Positions 1 to 10,316 are shown, counted from the stretch's first letter. The stretch: 36,069 bases of DNA from a virus (IMGVR_UViG_3300020044_009807:1-36069), one strand, 5' to 3'. The notes: generated by a model not told the origin, from the letters alone. A program made the numbers and translations.

Positions 1-372
1 AACTTTGAACAGTATGTTCAGTGGGCAGAGGAGAACCCTTTGATTGAGGTAGATTTTAGAGGGAAGGATGCAACTGAGGTTAGATTGCCTAAAAAAAGAC
101 TGCTTACAAAAGAAGGTTTTGCGCTTGCTTGTGGCTTTTCATGCTGGACTAAGCTTTCTGAGTACAAGACCAAATCAAAAGATTTCGGTAGTGTCTTTAC
201 ACGCATAGAGCAGGCGATTTACACAAGCAAGCTTGAAGGGGCTGCAAGTGGTCTCTTCAATCACAACATCATCGCAAGAGACTTAGGCCTCATGAACCAG
301 GAGCAAGTCACCATGCAGATGACAGAGGTCATTAGACCTACAAGTCCAAAGGAGGCTAAAGTAAGAGATTAA
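1..372 (+). CDS. terS: Terminase small subunit (P22 gp3-like DNA-packaging protein), 5'-truncated by the window edge
   Basis: Frame 1 is open from base 1 (NFEQYVQWAEENPL...). The C-terminal EQAIYTSKLEGAASGLFNHNIIARDLGL resembles P22 gp3. Lies directly upstream of terL. Confidence 0.85.
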   Translation, partial: NFEQYVQWAEENPLIEVDFRGKDATEVRLPKKRLLTKEGFALACGFSCWTKLSEYKTKSKDFGSVFTRIEQAIYTSKLEGAASGLFNHNIIARDLGLMNQEQVTMQMTEVIRPTSPKEAKVRD

Positions 373-373
373 C

Positions 374-1708
374 TTGGCAAAGATTGACTTGTCAAGTCCT
401 GACCTTTGGCAGGCTAAGTATCTTGATGCAGTAACTGACCCAAAGACTTATAATATCCTTTGGGGTGGGGCAGGAAGTGGCAAGAGTCAGACAATGATTC
501 AGATGCTGCTGGCTGAGATATGCGACCACAGGAACAATGAGTTTCAAACTTACTTTGTTATCCGCAAAGTGGCCTCAACTCTGAGGAACTCTGTCTTTGC
601 AGACTTTCAAAATAAGATAACTCAGTGGGGCTTGAATAAGCTGTGCAGAGTTAAGACTGGTTACTTAGAGATTCAATCCGGTGGCAACAAGATTATCTTT
701 CTTGGCTGTGATGACCCCGAAAAGCTAAAGTCATTAAGTCAAGCCAAATATATTTGGATTGAGGAGGCAACAGAATTAACTCTTGAGGACTTTACGCAAA
801 TCACATTGCGACTTCGGGGTAAGTCTGAACATCCTAAGAGATTCTTCTTGACCTTTAATCCTGTCTCCGACAGTCACTGGATTAAAAAGAGATTCTTTGA
901 TGATGTTCCAGCTAAGGAGGCAAATGATGTGCTTAGGCTTCATGGCACTTACTTGGATGCTCTTGACTTTCTTGATGAACAATATCCTGTCAGGATGGAG
1001 GCACTCAAGGAAGTATCTCAGACTTACTATGAGGTTTATGCCTTGGGTCAGTGGGGCATTTGGGATAGAGAGTCACTCTTTGCCACAAGCTTTGACTTTA
1101 GCAAACATGTGTACCAGGGCTACATCAAAGCCTCTCCGATTCACAATCTTTATCTTGCCTTTGACTTCAATGTGACCAATACTTGTGTTGTTAGCCAATA
1201 CATCAAGAACTCATCAGAAGGCTTGTTTTATGCAACCATCAATGTCATCAAGGTTTACAGGGTTGGTGATCTTGCTGCTTTATGCCAAACAATCAAGCAA
1301 GAGTTTCCAGATATGACTTACATTATCAATGGTGATGCTTCAGGAGCAAGCAGAAACGCATTCACTCAGGACAACATCTCAGCTTATGCTCTCATCAAGA
1401 ATTATCTCGGCATTGGTGACATGCAAATCCAAGTGCCAAGGTCAAACCCAAGCCACATAGCAAGCAGGCTTGTCACCATCCTGACTCTTCAGAAGGCCAA
1501 GGTGCAGATTAGTGGCAAAAGGTGTGATGAGTTAGTCATTGACCTAAAGGAAGCCAAGGTGAGCAGGCAGGGAAGCCTTGACCCATGGAAGAACAAGAAT
1601 CCTGATAAGTCGCATGCTTTAGATGCCTTCCGTTATTTTATTTTCTCTAATTTTGCAGAGATAACTTCCAACTTCAATCTCGAAAAGTATGGCACAATGT
1701 TGCAGTAA
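374..1708 (+). CDS. terL: Terminase large subunit, PBSX-like family
   Basis: Walker A GGAGSGKS, Walker B YIWIEEATE, TFNP coupling motif, nuclease acidic motifs AFDFN and HALDAFRY. TTG start. Confidence 0.95.
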   Translation: MAKIDLSSPDLWQAKYLDAVTDPKTYNILWGGAGSGKSQTMIQMLLAEICDHRNNEFQTYFVIRKVASTLRNSVFADFQNKITQWGLNKLCRVKTGYLEIQSGGNKIIFLGCDDPEKLKSLSQAKYIWIEEATELTLEDFTQITLRLRGKSEHPKRFFLTFNPVSDSHWIKKRFFDDVPAKEANDVLRLHGTYLDALDFLDEQYPVRMEALKEVSQTYYEVYALGQWGIWDRESLFATSFDFSKHVYQGYIKASPIHNLYLAFDFNVTNTCVVSQYIKNSSEGLFYATINVIKVYRVGDLAALCQTIKQEFPDMTYIINGDASGASRNAFTQDNISAYALIKNYLGIGDMQIQVPRSNPSHIASRLVTILTLQKAKVQISGKRCDELVIDLKEAKVSRQGSLDPWKNKNPDKSHALDAFRYFIFSNFAEITSNFNLEKYGTMLQ

Positions 1709-2102
1709 TTGTTTCAAAGCCTGTGAGCCTCTCAACAGTTGTCCTGATGCTTTCTTAGTGCTTGTGCCTCCTGCTTATGCTGAGAATGAAATCATCATCA
1801 ACATCAATAAGCCAGGGGTTAATGCTCGCATCAGCCAGCAACTTGAGATTGATTACCTCGGATATATTGAGATTGATTTGGCAGGCTGTCCTGATGGCTT
1901 TTTCAATCCTTATGGAGGGCAATATGAGTTAATGTTCATAAATCCCACCAATCAGAAAGTCTATGAGTTCACTGCTGTTGATGGCTTAACTTACTCAAGC
2001 ATCTGTTTCAGCTTTTCACCAACCTATCGAAATGATGAAGGCATCAATGAGGTAGTCCTAAACATATTTAACGATTTAATCCCTGATCCATATTATGTAT
2101 GA
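1689..2102 (+). CDS. Hypothetical, probably virion-associated protein with Cys-rich N-terminus
   Basis: 137-aa ORF overlapping the terL end. Starts MAQCCSNCFKAC. Confidence 0.7.
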   Translation: MAQCCSNCFKACEPLNSCPDAFLVLVPPAYAENEIIININKPGVNARISQQLEIDYLGYIEIDLAGCPDGFFNPYGGQYELMFINPTNQKVYEFTAVDGLTYSSICFSFSPTYRNDEGINEVVLNIFNDLIPDPYYV

Positions 2103-2494
2103 TGAACTTATTGCTTCCTGTGGTGGCAAGCGAAGAGGCTGCTGCATTATTGAACTCCCACATAATTCTCAGCCTGCTGACATTGACTCTGATTGCTCTG
2201 ATCAGTGCAGCTTTTTCCTTGTTCTTGGATTATCTGCTGGAAGACCATCCGATTGGGCAGTGGTATCTGTACCAAATTCAGAAGTTGCCGACTTTGTGGG
2301 CCAAGCCACTTGGTGAATGTCCTTATTGCTCAGGAGCATGGCAGTTCCTGGTTATCTCTTGTCTAATCTTTAACCAACCATTCTACTTATGTTCAATTTT
2401 CTTAGGCGCAAACCATCTCTTCCTCCTCCTCCTGTCGTTAATGCAGAAACGGATGTTGTCTCTCATCCGGAAAAGCCAAGATATTCAGGGGTAG
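2099..2494 (+). CDS. Membrane protein with CPYC motif (DUF1360-like)
   Basis: ATGA overlap with the upstream stop. Hydrophobic segments flank KPLGECPYCSGAW. Confidence 0.65.
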   Translation: MMNLLLPVVASEEAAALLNSHIILSLLTLTLIALISAAFSLFLDYLLEDHPIGQWYLYQIQKLPTLWAKPLGECPYCSGAWQFLVISCLIFNQPFYLCSIFLGANHLFLLLLSLMQKRMLSLIRKSQDIQG

Positions 2495-3138
2495 CACCAA
2501 AGGACAGATGGGATCAAATTGAGTATGCCTTCACTTCAGGAGGTGTCAAATACTTTAAATTCGTATCTGAGGTTAATGTCCCTTTTCAAAGAGCAGTAGC
2601 TGCCCGGGATATATTCACCGAGGAACTTTGGCAAATCAATCCTGACTTCCTAAGAGGTTGGAACAATGGGCTTATAAACCTATTGATGGATAAGAAGAAG
2701 AAGGATGACAAGAAGCTTTATGAGGTAGGCATCATGGCCTCAAGGCTAAAGGAGCAGATGGAGATGTCAGTAAGCCTGCTCAGGCAGTTAAAGCTTGCAA
2801 CAGTTGTTTACTTTGATGAGCAAGAGAATCCACTTGACTACCAATATCCATATAACAAGCAAAAACTTGAGCATTGGATGAAGTCCAATGATGTAGAAGG
2901 TTTTTTTTTGAATCTGCCGGAGTACGCCTATCTGCCCTCTTTGACAGAATACAGCATGAATTTTCCGACCTATTTGCAAGCCGAAACTCTGCAAAGCCTA
3001 AACAACCTGAAGCACATTATTGGACTTCAGTTGTCAGACAGCACAGACAGCGATTTAGCGAAGTCCTTAGAATCGCAGGTGGAGATGCTCAAAGAGCTAA
3101 ATTCTTGGTCGAAAGGCCAATCTATGAATACTATCTAA
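2389..3138 (+). CDS. Probable tail assembly chaperone (0-frame product)
   Basis: 249-aa ORF immediately upstream of the tape measure gene. Contains a slippery T9 run. Confidence 0.65.
   Translation: MFNFLRRKPSLPPPPVVNAETDVVSHPEKPRYSGVAPKDRWDQIEYAFTSGGVKYFKFVSEVNVPFQRAVAARDIFTEELWQINPDFLRGWNNGLINLLMDKKKKDDKKLYEVGIMASRLKEQMEMSVSLLRQLKLATVVYFDEQENPLDYQYPYNKQKLEHWMKSNDVEGFFLNLPEYAYLPSLTEYSMNFPTYLQAETLQSLNNLKHIIGLQLSDSTDSDLAKSLESQVEMLKELNSWSKGQSMNTI
2899..2910 (+). other. Candidate -1 programmed ribosomal frameshift site (GGT TTT TTT TTG)
   Basis: T TTT TTT heptamer (2901-2907) in X XXY YYZ phase. The -1 frame opens after a TGA at 2889-2891 and stays open to 3188. Confidence 0.7.
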
Positions 3139-3188
3139 TCTATTCGGCATGGATTGCCGAGCAGAAAAGCAGAAGAAGCAATAAGTAG
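2907..3188 (+). CDS. -1 frame extension of the tail assembly chaperone (gpGT-like C-terminus)
   Basis: 93 codons with no ATG: FESAGVRLSALFDRIQHEFSDLF...HYWTSVVRQHRQRFSEVLRIAGGDAQRAKFLVERPIYEYYLIYSAWIAEQKSRRSNK*. Ends shortly before the terminator. Confidence 0.65.
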   Translation, partial: FESAGVRLSALFDRIQHEFSDLFASRNSAKPKQPEAHYWTSVVRQHRQRFSEVLRIAGGDAQRAKFLVERPIYEYYLIYSAWIAEQKSRRSNK

Positions 3189-3220
3189 GTATTTTTTTTT
3201 GTGTTTTTGTTTACGAGTTA

Positions 3221-3248
3221 AAGAGCCTCCCAAATTGGGGGGCTTTTT
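3221..3248 (+). terminator. Intrinsic terminator
   Basis: GAGCCTCCCA / TGGGGGGCTT stem followed by T-run. Confidence 0.7.
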
Positions 3249-3252
3249 ATTG

Positions 3253-3260
3253 TAACTTTG
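3253..3260 (+). promoter_or_regulatory. Bacteroidota -7 promoter element for the tape measure gene
   Basis: TAACTTTG matches TAnnTTTG, 16 nt before the ATG. Confidence 0.65.
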
Positions 3261-3276
3261 CCACAAATAGAAAGAC

Positions 3277-5715
3277 ATGGCAACTATTTCCAATAATGAT
3301 ATTAAGATTAGGTATGTTGTAGAGACATCCAATCTTGAAGCTGCTGCTCAAGCCTTTGATAAGTTAAGCAATGAGGAGAAGCAGGCACTTGCTGACTTAA
3401 AGAAGTTTAACCAGGAAAGCCAAAGTACCAATAAGTCAATGGGCGAACTTGGTAGCATTGCTGGCAAGGTTGGTGGTGTTCTTGGTGGCCTATTTGCTGT
3501 TAGTCAAATCAAGCAGTTTGCTTCTGCTGTTGTTGAAACTACCATCAAGTTTGAATCAATGCGAAAGGCTATTGACTTTGCTTCAGGTTCAATGGAGGCA
3601 GGGGCAAAGAACTTTGAGTTCATCAGAGACTTAGCCAATAGACTTGGACTTGATTTAAGAGCAACGGCTGAAGGTTATAAAACCTTTGCATCAGCCTCTA
3701 ACTTAGCAGGCCAAAGCAGTCAAGAAACAAACAGACAATTTGCAGCAGTGGCTAAGGCTGCTCAGGTAATGGGTTTATCTGCTGAGGACACTAAAGGGGC
3801 ATTTTTAGCACTTGGACAAATGATGTCCAAAGGCAATGTGCAGGCTGAAGAACTTAGAGGTCAGTTAGGTGAGAGGCTTGTTGGTGCATTTGGTATTGCT
3901 GCCAAAGCTATGGGAGTGACTACTGCTGAACTTAATAAGATGCTTCAGAAAGGTCAGGTACTTGCCTCAGACTTCTTGCCTAAGTTCGCCACTGAACTTG
4001 AAAACACATTTGGAAAAGGCAACACTCAGGTTACTTCACTTGCTGCAAGCCAAAACAGATTTAATTCATCCATTGATCAACTAATTTTAGCAATAGGCAA
4101 TAAACTAAACCCATTCCTTAAAGGTGCTTATGATTTGGCTGCTGGCATTGCAAAAGAATTAGCAAAACCAGGAGCAGGAACAGCAGCAGAAAGGCAGGCA
4201 AAGTTTAATGCTGAAGCAATTGCATCAAAAAGAATTGAGGTTGAGTTGGCAAAAGAGACTTTTAAATTAGACCAGCAAAACCAAATAAAAATAACTGCTG
4301 CCAACCTTGAAGGCATCAGAAAGCAAATAGCGAGGAATCAATTGATGGGCATGGAGGAAAAGATTAATGCTCAGATTCAAAAGGTGGAAAATGCAAGAAT
4401 AGCTGCTGCTGGAAGCTTAAGTACAAAGCTTCAAACCAATGTTCAAAAGCAAGAAAATGAACTTGCAGTATTAAAGGCTCAAGAAGACCAATATGCTAAA
4501 ATTGCAGGAGCAATTATTAATACTCCTCCTCCACCACCAATTGAAGATGAGAAAGCAAAAGCCAAATTGTTAAAGCAAGAATATGATGATAGACTTAGAT
4601 TGCTTGAATTGTTAAAGCAACAGCGCATACTGACCGGAGAGTTATTTGATGATCCTTTGGCTAAAATTGGAGCAGATAAAGCTTTTCAGGAAGCCAAATT
4701 AAGCCTTCAAAAAGAATATGCTAAGAAAGGTCTTGCAATTACTCAGGCAGAAATAAAAGTTACTGAACTTGAGAGACTAAATGCCGAGCAAGATTTTAAT
4801 CAGCAGGCAAAAGAACTTAGGATGAAAAACTACAAGGATGTTCAAAAGACTGAGGAGGAAATAAGAAAGGAAAGGGCAAAGACAATGCAGGAAGGTGTCA
4901 ATGATGCAATTCAGGCTAATAATAAAATTTTGGCTAATAATTCTGAGATGAATCATATAATGTTAAAAGAAGAAGAGGATAAAAGACAAAAAACATTTGA
5001 AATAACTCAAACAATAACCGATGCAGCTTTTAGTAATTATCAGGCTAATCTAAATAATGAAATAAGTTTATTAAACAAAAGATATGAGGAGGAAGTCAGG
5101 CTTGCAGATGGCAATAAGCAGAAACTTACACAACTCGAGCAAGACAAGAATGCAGCAGAGAAAGAAATTAAACTCAAGCAGTTTAGGGCAGATCAAATGG
5201 CTGCAACATCAAGAGTAATCTTTTCAACTGCTGAACAATTAATGTCAAGTGCTTTAAATCCTGCATTGATTCCATACATCATTGGCTTGTCAGTGGCTCA
5301 ACTTGCAGCTATTGCTACTCAACCAGTGCCTGAGTTCGCAGAAGGAACTAAAGGCAAAGCATTCAAAGGAGGTAAGGCAATGGTAGGTGAAAGAGGTGTT
5401 GAGAAAGTAATTACTGAATCCGGTAAGGTTTACTTCACTCCACCAACAGCAACCTTAGTAGACTTACCTAAAGGCTCTCATGTAATACCTAATCATGCCC
5501 TGAGCAAGCAGGAAATCTATTGGGGCAGTATGCAATCCGGTAAGCAAGCAGGCAGTGGAAGTCCTGTTGTGGGCGAAATAAGGGAACTTGGAAGCATTCT
5601 AAAAGGCTTACCAATTACTCAACTTAACATGGATGAAAGAGGCTTTGAGAAGTTTATTAGAACTCCAAGAAGGACAACTAAGATTCTTAATAATAGGTTT
5701 AGGACTGAGAATTAA
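3277..5715 (+). CDS. Tail tape measure protein
   Basis: Tape-measure N-terminal motif LGQMMSKGNVQAEELRGQLGERL, long Ala/Lys/Glu helical body, C-terminal FAEG...VGERGVE...LPKGSHVIPN motif. Confidence 0.92.
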   Translation: MATISNNDIKIRYVVETSNLEAAAQAFDKLSNEEKQALADLKKFNQESQSTNKSMGELGSIAGKVGGVLGGLFAVSQIKQFASAVVETTIKFESMRKAIDFASGSMEAGAKNFEFIRDLANRLGLDLRATAEGYKTFASASNLAGQSSQETNRQFAAVAKAAQVMGLSAEDTKGAFLALGQMMSKGNVQAEELRGQLGERLVGAFGIAAKAMGVTTAELNKMLQKGQVLASDFLPKFATELENTFGKGNTQVTSLAASQNRFNSSIDQLILAIGNKLNPFLKGAYDLAAGIAKELAKPGAGTAAERQAKFNAEAIASKRIEVELAKETFKLDQQNQIKITAANLEGIRKQIARNQLMGMEEKINAQIQKVENARIAAAGSLSTKLQTNVQKQENELAVLKAQEDQYAKIAGAIINTPPPPPIEDEKAKAKLLKQEYDDRLRLLELLKQQRILTGELFDDPLAKIGADKAFQEAKLSLQKEYAKKGLAITQAEIKVTELERLNAEQDFNQQAKELRMKNYKDVQKTEEEIRKERAKTMQEGVNDAIQANNKILANNSEMNHIMLKEEEDKRQKTFEITQTITDAAFSNYQANLNNEISLLNKRYEEEVRLADGNKQKLTQLEQDKNAAEKEIKLKQFRADQMAATSRVIFSTAEQLMSSALNPALIPYIIGLSVAQLAAIATQPVPEFAEGTKGKAFKGGKAMVGERGVEKVITESGKVYFTPPTATLVDLPKGSHVIPNHALSKQEIYWGSMQSGKQAGSGSPVVGEIRELGSILKGLPITQLNMDERGFEKFIRTPRRTTKILNNRFRTEN

Positions 5716-5734
5716 TGTTTGGTTTAGATAGAGG

Positions 5735-5766
5735 AAAGAGGGGTAGCATTGCTATCCCTTTTTTTT
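5735..5766 (+). terminator. Intrinsic terminator
   Basis: AGGGGTAGC / GCTATCCCT stem followed by a long T-run. Confidence 0.7.
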
Positions 5767-5769
5767 ATC

Positions 5770-5777
5770 TATTTTTG
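5770..5777 (+). promoter_or_regulatory. Bacteroidota -7 promoter element
   Basis: TATTTTTG, 4 nt before ATG 5782. Confidence 0.55.
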
Positions 5778-5781
5778 AACC

Positions 5782-8157
5782 ATGGCAGGATGGAATTTTT
5801 TTCTCAATGGTATTGAAGTAGAAGAACCTATTGGCTGGGATGCCATTGAGTTCACTGCTTTACGCATGGAGTCGCATGGTATAGACCAGCCATTCTCCAC
5901 AGAAGTCAAGTTTTATGAGAAAGGAGCAAAACTTATTAAGGCTCTTTATGACCTATATTTCATCAATGCTGAGATTGCCATACAAATCACTTCTGATGTA
6001 GGCTACAATGGTGAGCCATATCAATTTGATGGCATGCTTAACCTGGCAATCTACGAGGAGCATAATGTTTGTGATACGGACACTTGGGAGATAACTGTCG
6101 GCATCATCGATGATAACTTTAGAGAGCAGTTTAAGGCTCGGCAGGATGTAGAGATTGACCTTTATGCTCTCAAAGACCTAAATGGAAATGCAATTGACCC
6201 ATTGGTTATGCGTGAAATTAGGATGCACAAGCAAGAACTATTCTTGGCTGCATCTGCAAGGAATTATTCAGAGCAAACATCAAGACTTCAATATTCACCT
6301 ATTGGGTCATCTCCATACGATTGGGAATATCCTTTATATGTCAATGTTGTGCCAGTGTTTTGGGAAAACTCAGATTTTAAAGGCTCATTCAGTGGCTCAT
6401 TTGATACTCAAGGCAGTGCTTTCACTAATAGCAATGTTGTCTTTCAAAACAATTCAGACTATACAAGGACACTAAATGCATCTGTCTCAATTCAAGGAAG
6501 GTTTGTTTGGGATGGCACTGATAACCTGTTTCCAGGTGAAACAGCCAACATCAGATTCTACATTAGGACATTTGATTCAACAGGAAGCTTTGATACTTTC
6601 TACACTCTTTACAATACTGCTCTTGCAACTGCTAATATTCCAGTTGATCCTGAAGTAGCATTTGACTTTACAACAGTAGTATCAGGCATAACAGTTCTAC
6701 CTGGCTATCGTATTGCTGTGTTGGCATATTGGGGAGAAGGAGGTTCTGTCAGGCCATCATTGCCTATTGCAGACAATTATACAAGGTCACTAAGTATGAC
6801 CATTGACAATGTCTGCCTTACTATGAATGAGCAGAACCCGGGTCAATATGCTTCAACTACTCAATGCATGACGATAGGCGAGTGCTTAAACAGGCTTGTT
6901 TATGTTATCACCGGACAGAACAACCAAATTAGGTCTGATGTATTCGATGAGACTGGAAATGGATGCTATTGGAACTCAGCCTTGACAAATGGACTAAAGA
7001 TTCGCAATGCCAAGACAAACAATGAGATTGTGAATGGATGTCTTATTGATGAAGAAAATACTGGCTATAAGACTTCATTCAAGAAGATATTTGAAGGACT
7101 TGACAGGATATTCTGCCTCGGATGGGCTTACGAATGGAATGGCACTGAATGGATAATTAGAATAGAGCCAAGAGAGTTCTTCTATCAAAATAGCATCAGT
7201 CAAACCTTCCCAAATGTCGGAGAAGTAAGGACAATGGCTAAGGTGGACATGCTTGCCAACAATATCCAGCTTGGCTTTGATGACAAGTGGAAGAACATAG
7301 CAGTGTCAGGCCAATGGGCTATTCATACAGATAGGAATTACTTTGTCAATAATAGGGCAATGAATGAAGGCTCAAGTGCAAAGCTTGACATCAAGAGTTC
7401 AATCATTGCTGAAGGTTATGCAATTGAGTTCAGCAGAAGGCTACAATTCTTAAGAGATGACTCAGGATCATCCGACAGACCTAATGACTGGGAGACTTTT
7501 ATCATTTGGCTTAATCGGAATGAGTTAGAGTTTGACAATGTTGAGGACACAGCATATGGGGTAAGAGAGGAGTCAGGCTTCAAAGCATTCCCTCCTGGGC
7601 AGGCAAGCATGTCAAGCAATCTTATTACTTACTCAAGCAGTCCAGCAGGCAATCTTTACAACATCTTTCACACTCCTGCTCGCATTGCATGTAGATGGTG
7701 GAAAGTTCTTGGCATGCACACCTATGGCCTGACTAATCCGAGGCTTCAATTTCAGGTTGGTGAATATCAGACAGCCTATGCCAGCGCAATATCAGATAGC
7801 ACTGAGCCTTGCATTCAGATACCTTCAGAGGTTACCATAGCAGAGAACTCAGACATCTATGCTGATATTATTGTTCCTGAAGCTGCTGAATATTTATTCA
7901 AGCCTATTGGTGTTGAATTTAGTTATCCTCAAAGTCTTTGCGATTTCTTAACTTTGTCTCAGGATGAGCAATACCGGAAAGTCAGGCTCACTTCAGGCAG
8001 TTTGGATATTCAAGGCTTTATTCAGGAGGCCACCAATCAGCCGGAGGATGCTTCCGGAGGTACGACAAAGTTCATACTTCTTCAGGCCAATCAACTTGCT
8101 CCAACAGGGGCAGCATTCGATGAAGGCTTTGATGATGGTTATCAGATAGGTCAATAA
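5782..8157 (+). CDS. Tail tip / baseplate hub-like structural protein
   Basis: 791-aa acidic, beta-rich ORF right after the tape measure gene. N-terminal EEPIGWD motif. Confidence 0.65.
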   Translation: MAGWNFFLNGIEVEEPIGWDAIEFTALRMESHGIDQPFSTEVKFYEKGAKLIKALYDLYFINAEIAIQITSDVGYNGEPYQFDGMLNLAIYEEHNVCDTDTWEITVGIIDDNFREQFKARQDVEIDLYALKDLNGNAIDPLVMREIRMHKQELFLAASARNYSEQTSRLQYSPIGSSPYDWEYPLYVNVVPVFWENSDFKGSFSGSFDTQGSAFTNSNVVFQNNSDYTRTLNASVSIQGRFVWDGTDNLFPGETANIRFYIRTFDSTGSFDTFYTLYNTALATANIPVDPEVAFDFTTVVSGITVLPGYRIAVLAYWGEGGSVRPSLPIADNYTRSLSMTIDNVCLTMNEQNPGQYASTTQCMTIGECLNRLVYVITGQNNQIRSDVFDETGNGCYWNSALTNGLKIRNAKTNNEIVNGCLIDEENTGYKTSFKKIFEGLDRIFCLGWAYEWNGTEWIIRIEPREFFYQNSISQTFPNVGEVRTMAKVDMLANNIQLGFDDKWKNIAVSGQWAIHTDRNYFVNNRAMNEGSSAKLDIKSSIIAEGYAIEFSRRLQFLRDDSGSSDRPNDWETFIIWLNRNELEFDNVEDTAYGVREESGFKAFPPGQASMSSNLITYSSSPAGNLYNIFHTPARIACRWWKVLGMHTYGLTNPRLQFQVGEYQTAYASAISDSTEPCIQIPSEVTIAENSDIYADIIVPEAAEYLFKPIGVEFSYPQSLCDFLTLSQDEQYRKVRLTSGSLDIQGFIQEATNQPEDASGGTTKFILLQANQLAPTGAAFDEGFDDGYQIGQ

Positions 8158-10316
8158 TGCCAACAAATTACAATAGAGCCAATCTAATCACAGAGAGTTC
8201 AAGTCTCTTCCCTGATAATAATACTCAGGAGATTTCACCTGCTGATCTAAGACAGTGGATTGAAGATGGCACTACATCTTTTGTGACTCAGAAAGACAAA
8301 TCGACACTTGAGAATGCAATCTTTGAGGCTAAAGGAACAACTTTAGCATCAGCAGCAACAGTTGATCTTAACACTGCAACAGGAAACTACTTGCAGATAT
8401 CAGGAACTGCAACAATCAATTCATTTGGAACTTGTCCAGCAGGGGCAAGATTTATCCTAATGTTTCAAGGGATTGCAACCTTGACCTATAATGCCACAAG
8501 CTTAATTATCCCGGGTCTTGCCAATAAGACAACGGCAGCAGGAGATTGTTGCATGATTGTCTCTGAAGGATCAGGAAATTGGAGGATTGTTGGATACTTT
8601 GCAATTAGTGGTGGAGGTGGAGGAGGAAGTGTCACTGCGGTAACTGCCACAAGTCCATTATTATCATCAGGAGGAACTGCTCCTGACATAAGCATTCCAC
8701 AGGCTAATGGCTCAACAGATGGTTTCTTAGACAGTGCAGATTGGACTACATTCAATGGCAAGCAGGATACTCTTAGTGCAGGAACAGGCATAAGTATTAT
8801 AAGCAATGTAGTAGCCAATACTGCACCCGATCAAACTGTTTCTTTAGCTTCAGGAACTGGAATAAATGTTACCGGAACTTATCCTTCATTTACAATTGCC
8901 AATACTGCTCCATCAAGTGGAGGAACAGTAACAACAACCGGAACTCCATCATCCGGACAAATAACAAAGTTTAGCGGAGCAACAAGCATAACCAATGCCA
9001 CTTCCGGAACAGATTACATTGCTCCACCATCAGGTACATCAATTCTAAAGGCTAACTCAGGAGGGGCATTAGCCAATGCATCAGCCGGGACAGATTATGT
9101 TGCACCTGGTGCAGCAACTGGTTCAGGTCTTACAATGGCAACCTCAAGATTGCTTGGCAGAACAACTGCATCAACCGGAGCAATTGAAGAGATAACTGTT
9201 GGTTCAGGTTTATCACTTTCAGCAGGCTCATTAAGTGCTACTGGTTCAGGATCGGGAACAGTAAACTCAGGAACTGCCAACAGATTGACATATTATGCAG
9301 CTACTGGTACTGCCGTTTCAGAACTTCCAACCGCAGGCTCATCAGGACAAATACTGCAATCAAATGGCACTGGTTCTGCTCCATCATGGGTAGCTGCTCC
9401 TGCTGCAACTATGACAATTGGTTCATCAGTTGTTTCAGGAGCAACTGCCGGAAGGCTATTGCTTACAACAACATCAGGTGCTAATCAGGTTCTCAATCAA
9501 GATAGTTTGTTGAACTATGACACAACTAATGACAGATTAGGTATTGGCATTGCCTCACCTACTGCAACACTTCATTTAGCTGCCGGAGTTGCTGCCAATC
9601 CACAGATGCTCTTAGTACCATCTGCAATTACTCCAACCGGGACAACAAATGGTTCTATTTGGTGCAACACTGTAAGCAGTAATACTTCCTTGACAATGTA
9701 CAAGGATAGTGCCTTGACAAAAGTAATTACACTTGATAGAAATCCTGACTTAGCGACAAGTGGTTCAGGAATAGTTCAGGCAGATGCTAATGGCACACTT
9801 AGCAAAGGTGCAGATTTGACTGCATTAGGAATTTATGCTGAAACTGCTGGAACAACTGTTCAAAATACCACCACTACTACTTCCTTAATTGGAACAGTTA
9901 CTGGAATAACAAGTCTTCCTGCTAATTTCTTTGCAGTTGGTAAAACAATTACAATATTTATTTCAGGAACTTATGCTCAAACATCAGGTTCTAATACTTG
10001 CACAATTGCCTTATCAATTGGCGGTGTTGCTATGGGTTCAATTGCCTTGACTCATGGCAATACACTTAGTGCTACCTATTTTGATGCTCAATTTACACTT
10101 ACTTGCAGAACTGCGGGAGCAAGTGGTACAATTCAATATCAAGGCAAAGGAGTTTTAAATACCTCATCACCAAGTTTTTACTTCCAATCAAGTACAACTT
10201 CAGGAAGTATTAATACCACAACTGCCAACACAATTGCAGTTACCGGCACTTGGAGTGCAGCCAATCCTGCCAACATTTTAGTTACTGGAATACATTATGC
10301 TAATTACATCAACTAA
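8157..10316 (+). CDS. Tail fibre / receptor-binding protein
   Basis: 719 aa, very rich in G/S/T/A, with short modular repeats (NATSGTDYIAP / NASAGTDYVAP). TAATG coupling to the upstream gene. Confidence 0.75.
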   Translation: MPTNYNRANLITESSSLFPDNNTQEISPADLRQWIEDGTTSFVTQKDKSTLENAIFEAKGTTLASAATVDLNTATGNYLQISGTATINSFGTCPAGARFILMFQGIATLTYNATSLIIPGLANKTTAAGDCCMIVSEGSGNWRIVGYFAISGGGGGGSVTAVTATSPLLSSGGTAPDISIPQANGSTDGFLDSADWTTFNGKQDTLSAGTGISIISNVVANTAPDQTVSLASGTGINVTGTYPSFTIANTAPSSGGTVTTTGTPSSGQITKFSGATSITNATSGTDYIAPPSGTSILKANSGGALANASAGTDYVAPGAATGSGLTMATSRLLGRTTASTGAIEEITVGSGLSLSAGSLSATGSGSGTVNSGTANRLTYYAATGTAVSELPTAGSSGQILQSNGTGSAPSWVAAPAATMTIGSSVVSGATAGRLLLTTTSGANQVLNQDSLLNYDTTNDRLGIGIASPTATLHLAAGVAANPQMLLVPSAITPTGTTNGSIWCNTVSSNTSLTMYKDSALTKVITLDRNPDLATSGSGIVQADANGTLSKGADLTALGIYAETAGTTVQNTTTTTSLIGTVTGITSLPANFFAVGKTITIFISGTYAQTSGSNTCTIALSIGGVAMGSIALTHGNTLSATYFDAQFTLTCRTAGASGTIQYQGKGVLNTSSPSFYFQSSTTSGSINTTTANTIAVTGTWSAANPANILVTGIHYANYIN

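Noticed and set aside
2095-2316. 73-aa ORF starting MYDELIASCGGKRRGCC
   Set aside because: Almost wholly overlaps the better-supported membrane protein ORF 2099-2494 in another frame and has no recognisable motif. Not fully excluded.
3135-3332. Minus-strand 65-aa ORF with a hydrophobic N-terminus
   Set aside because: Runs antisense across a terminator, a promoter and the tape measure start; likely a shadow ORF.
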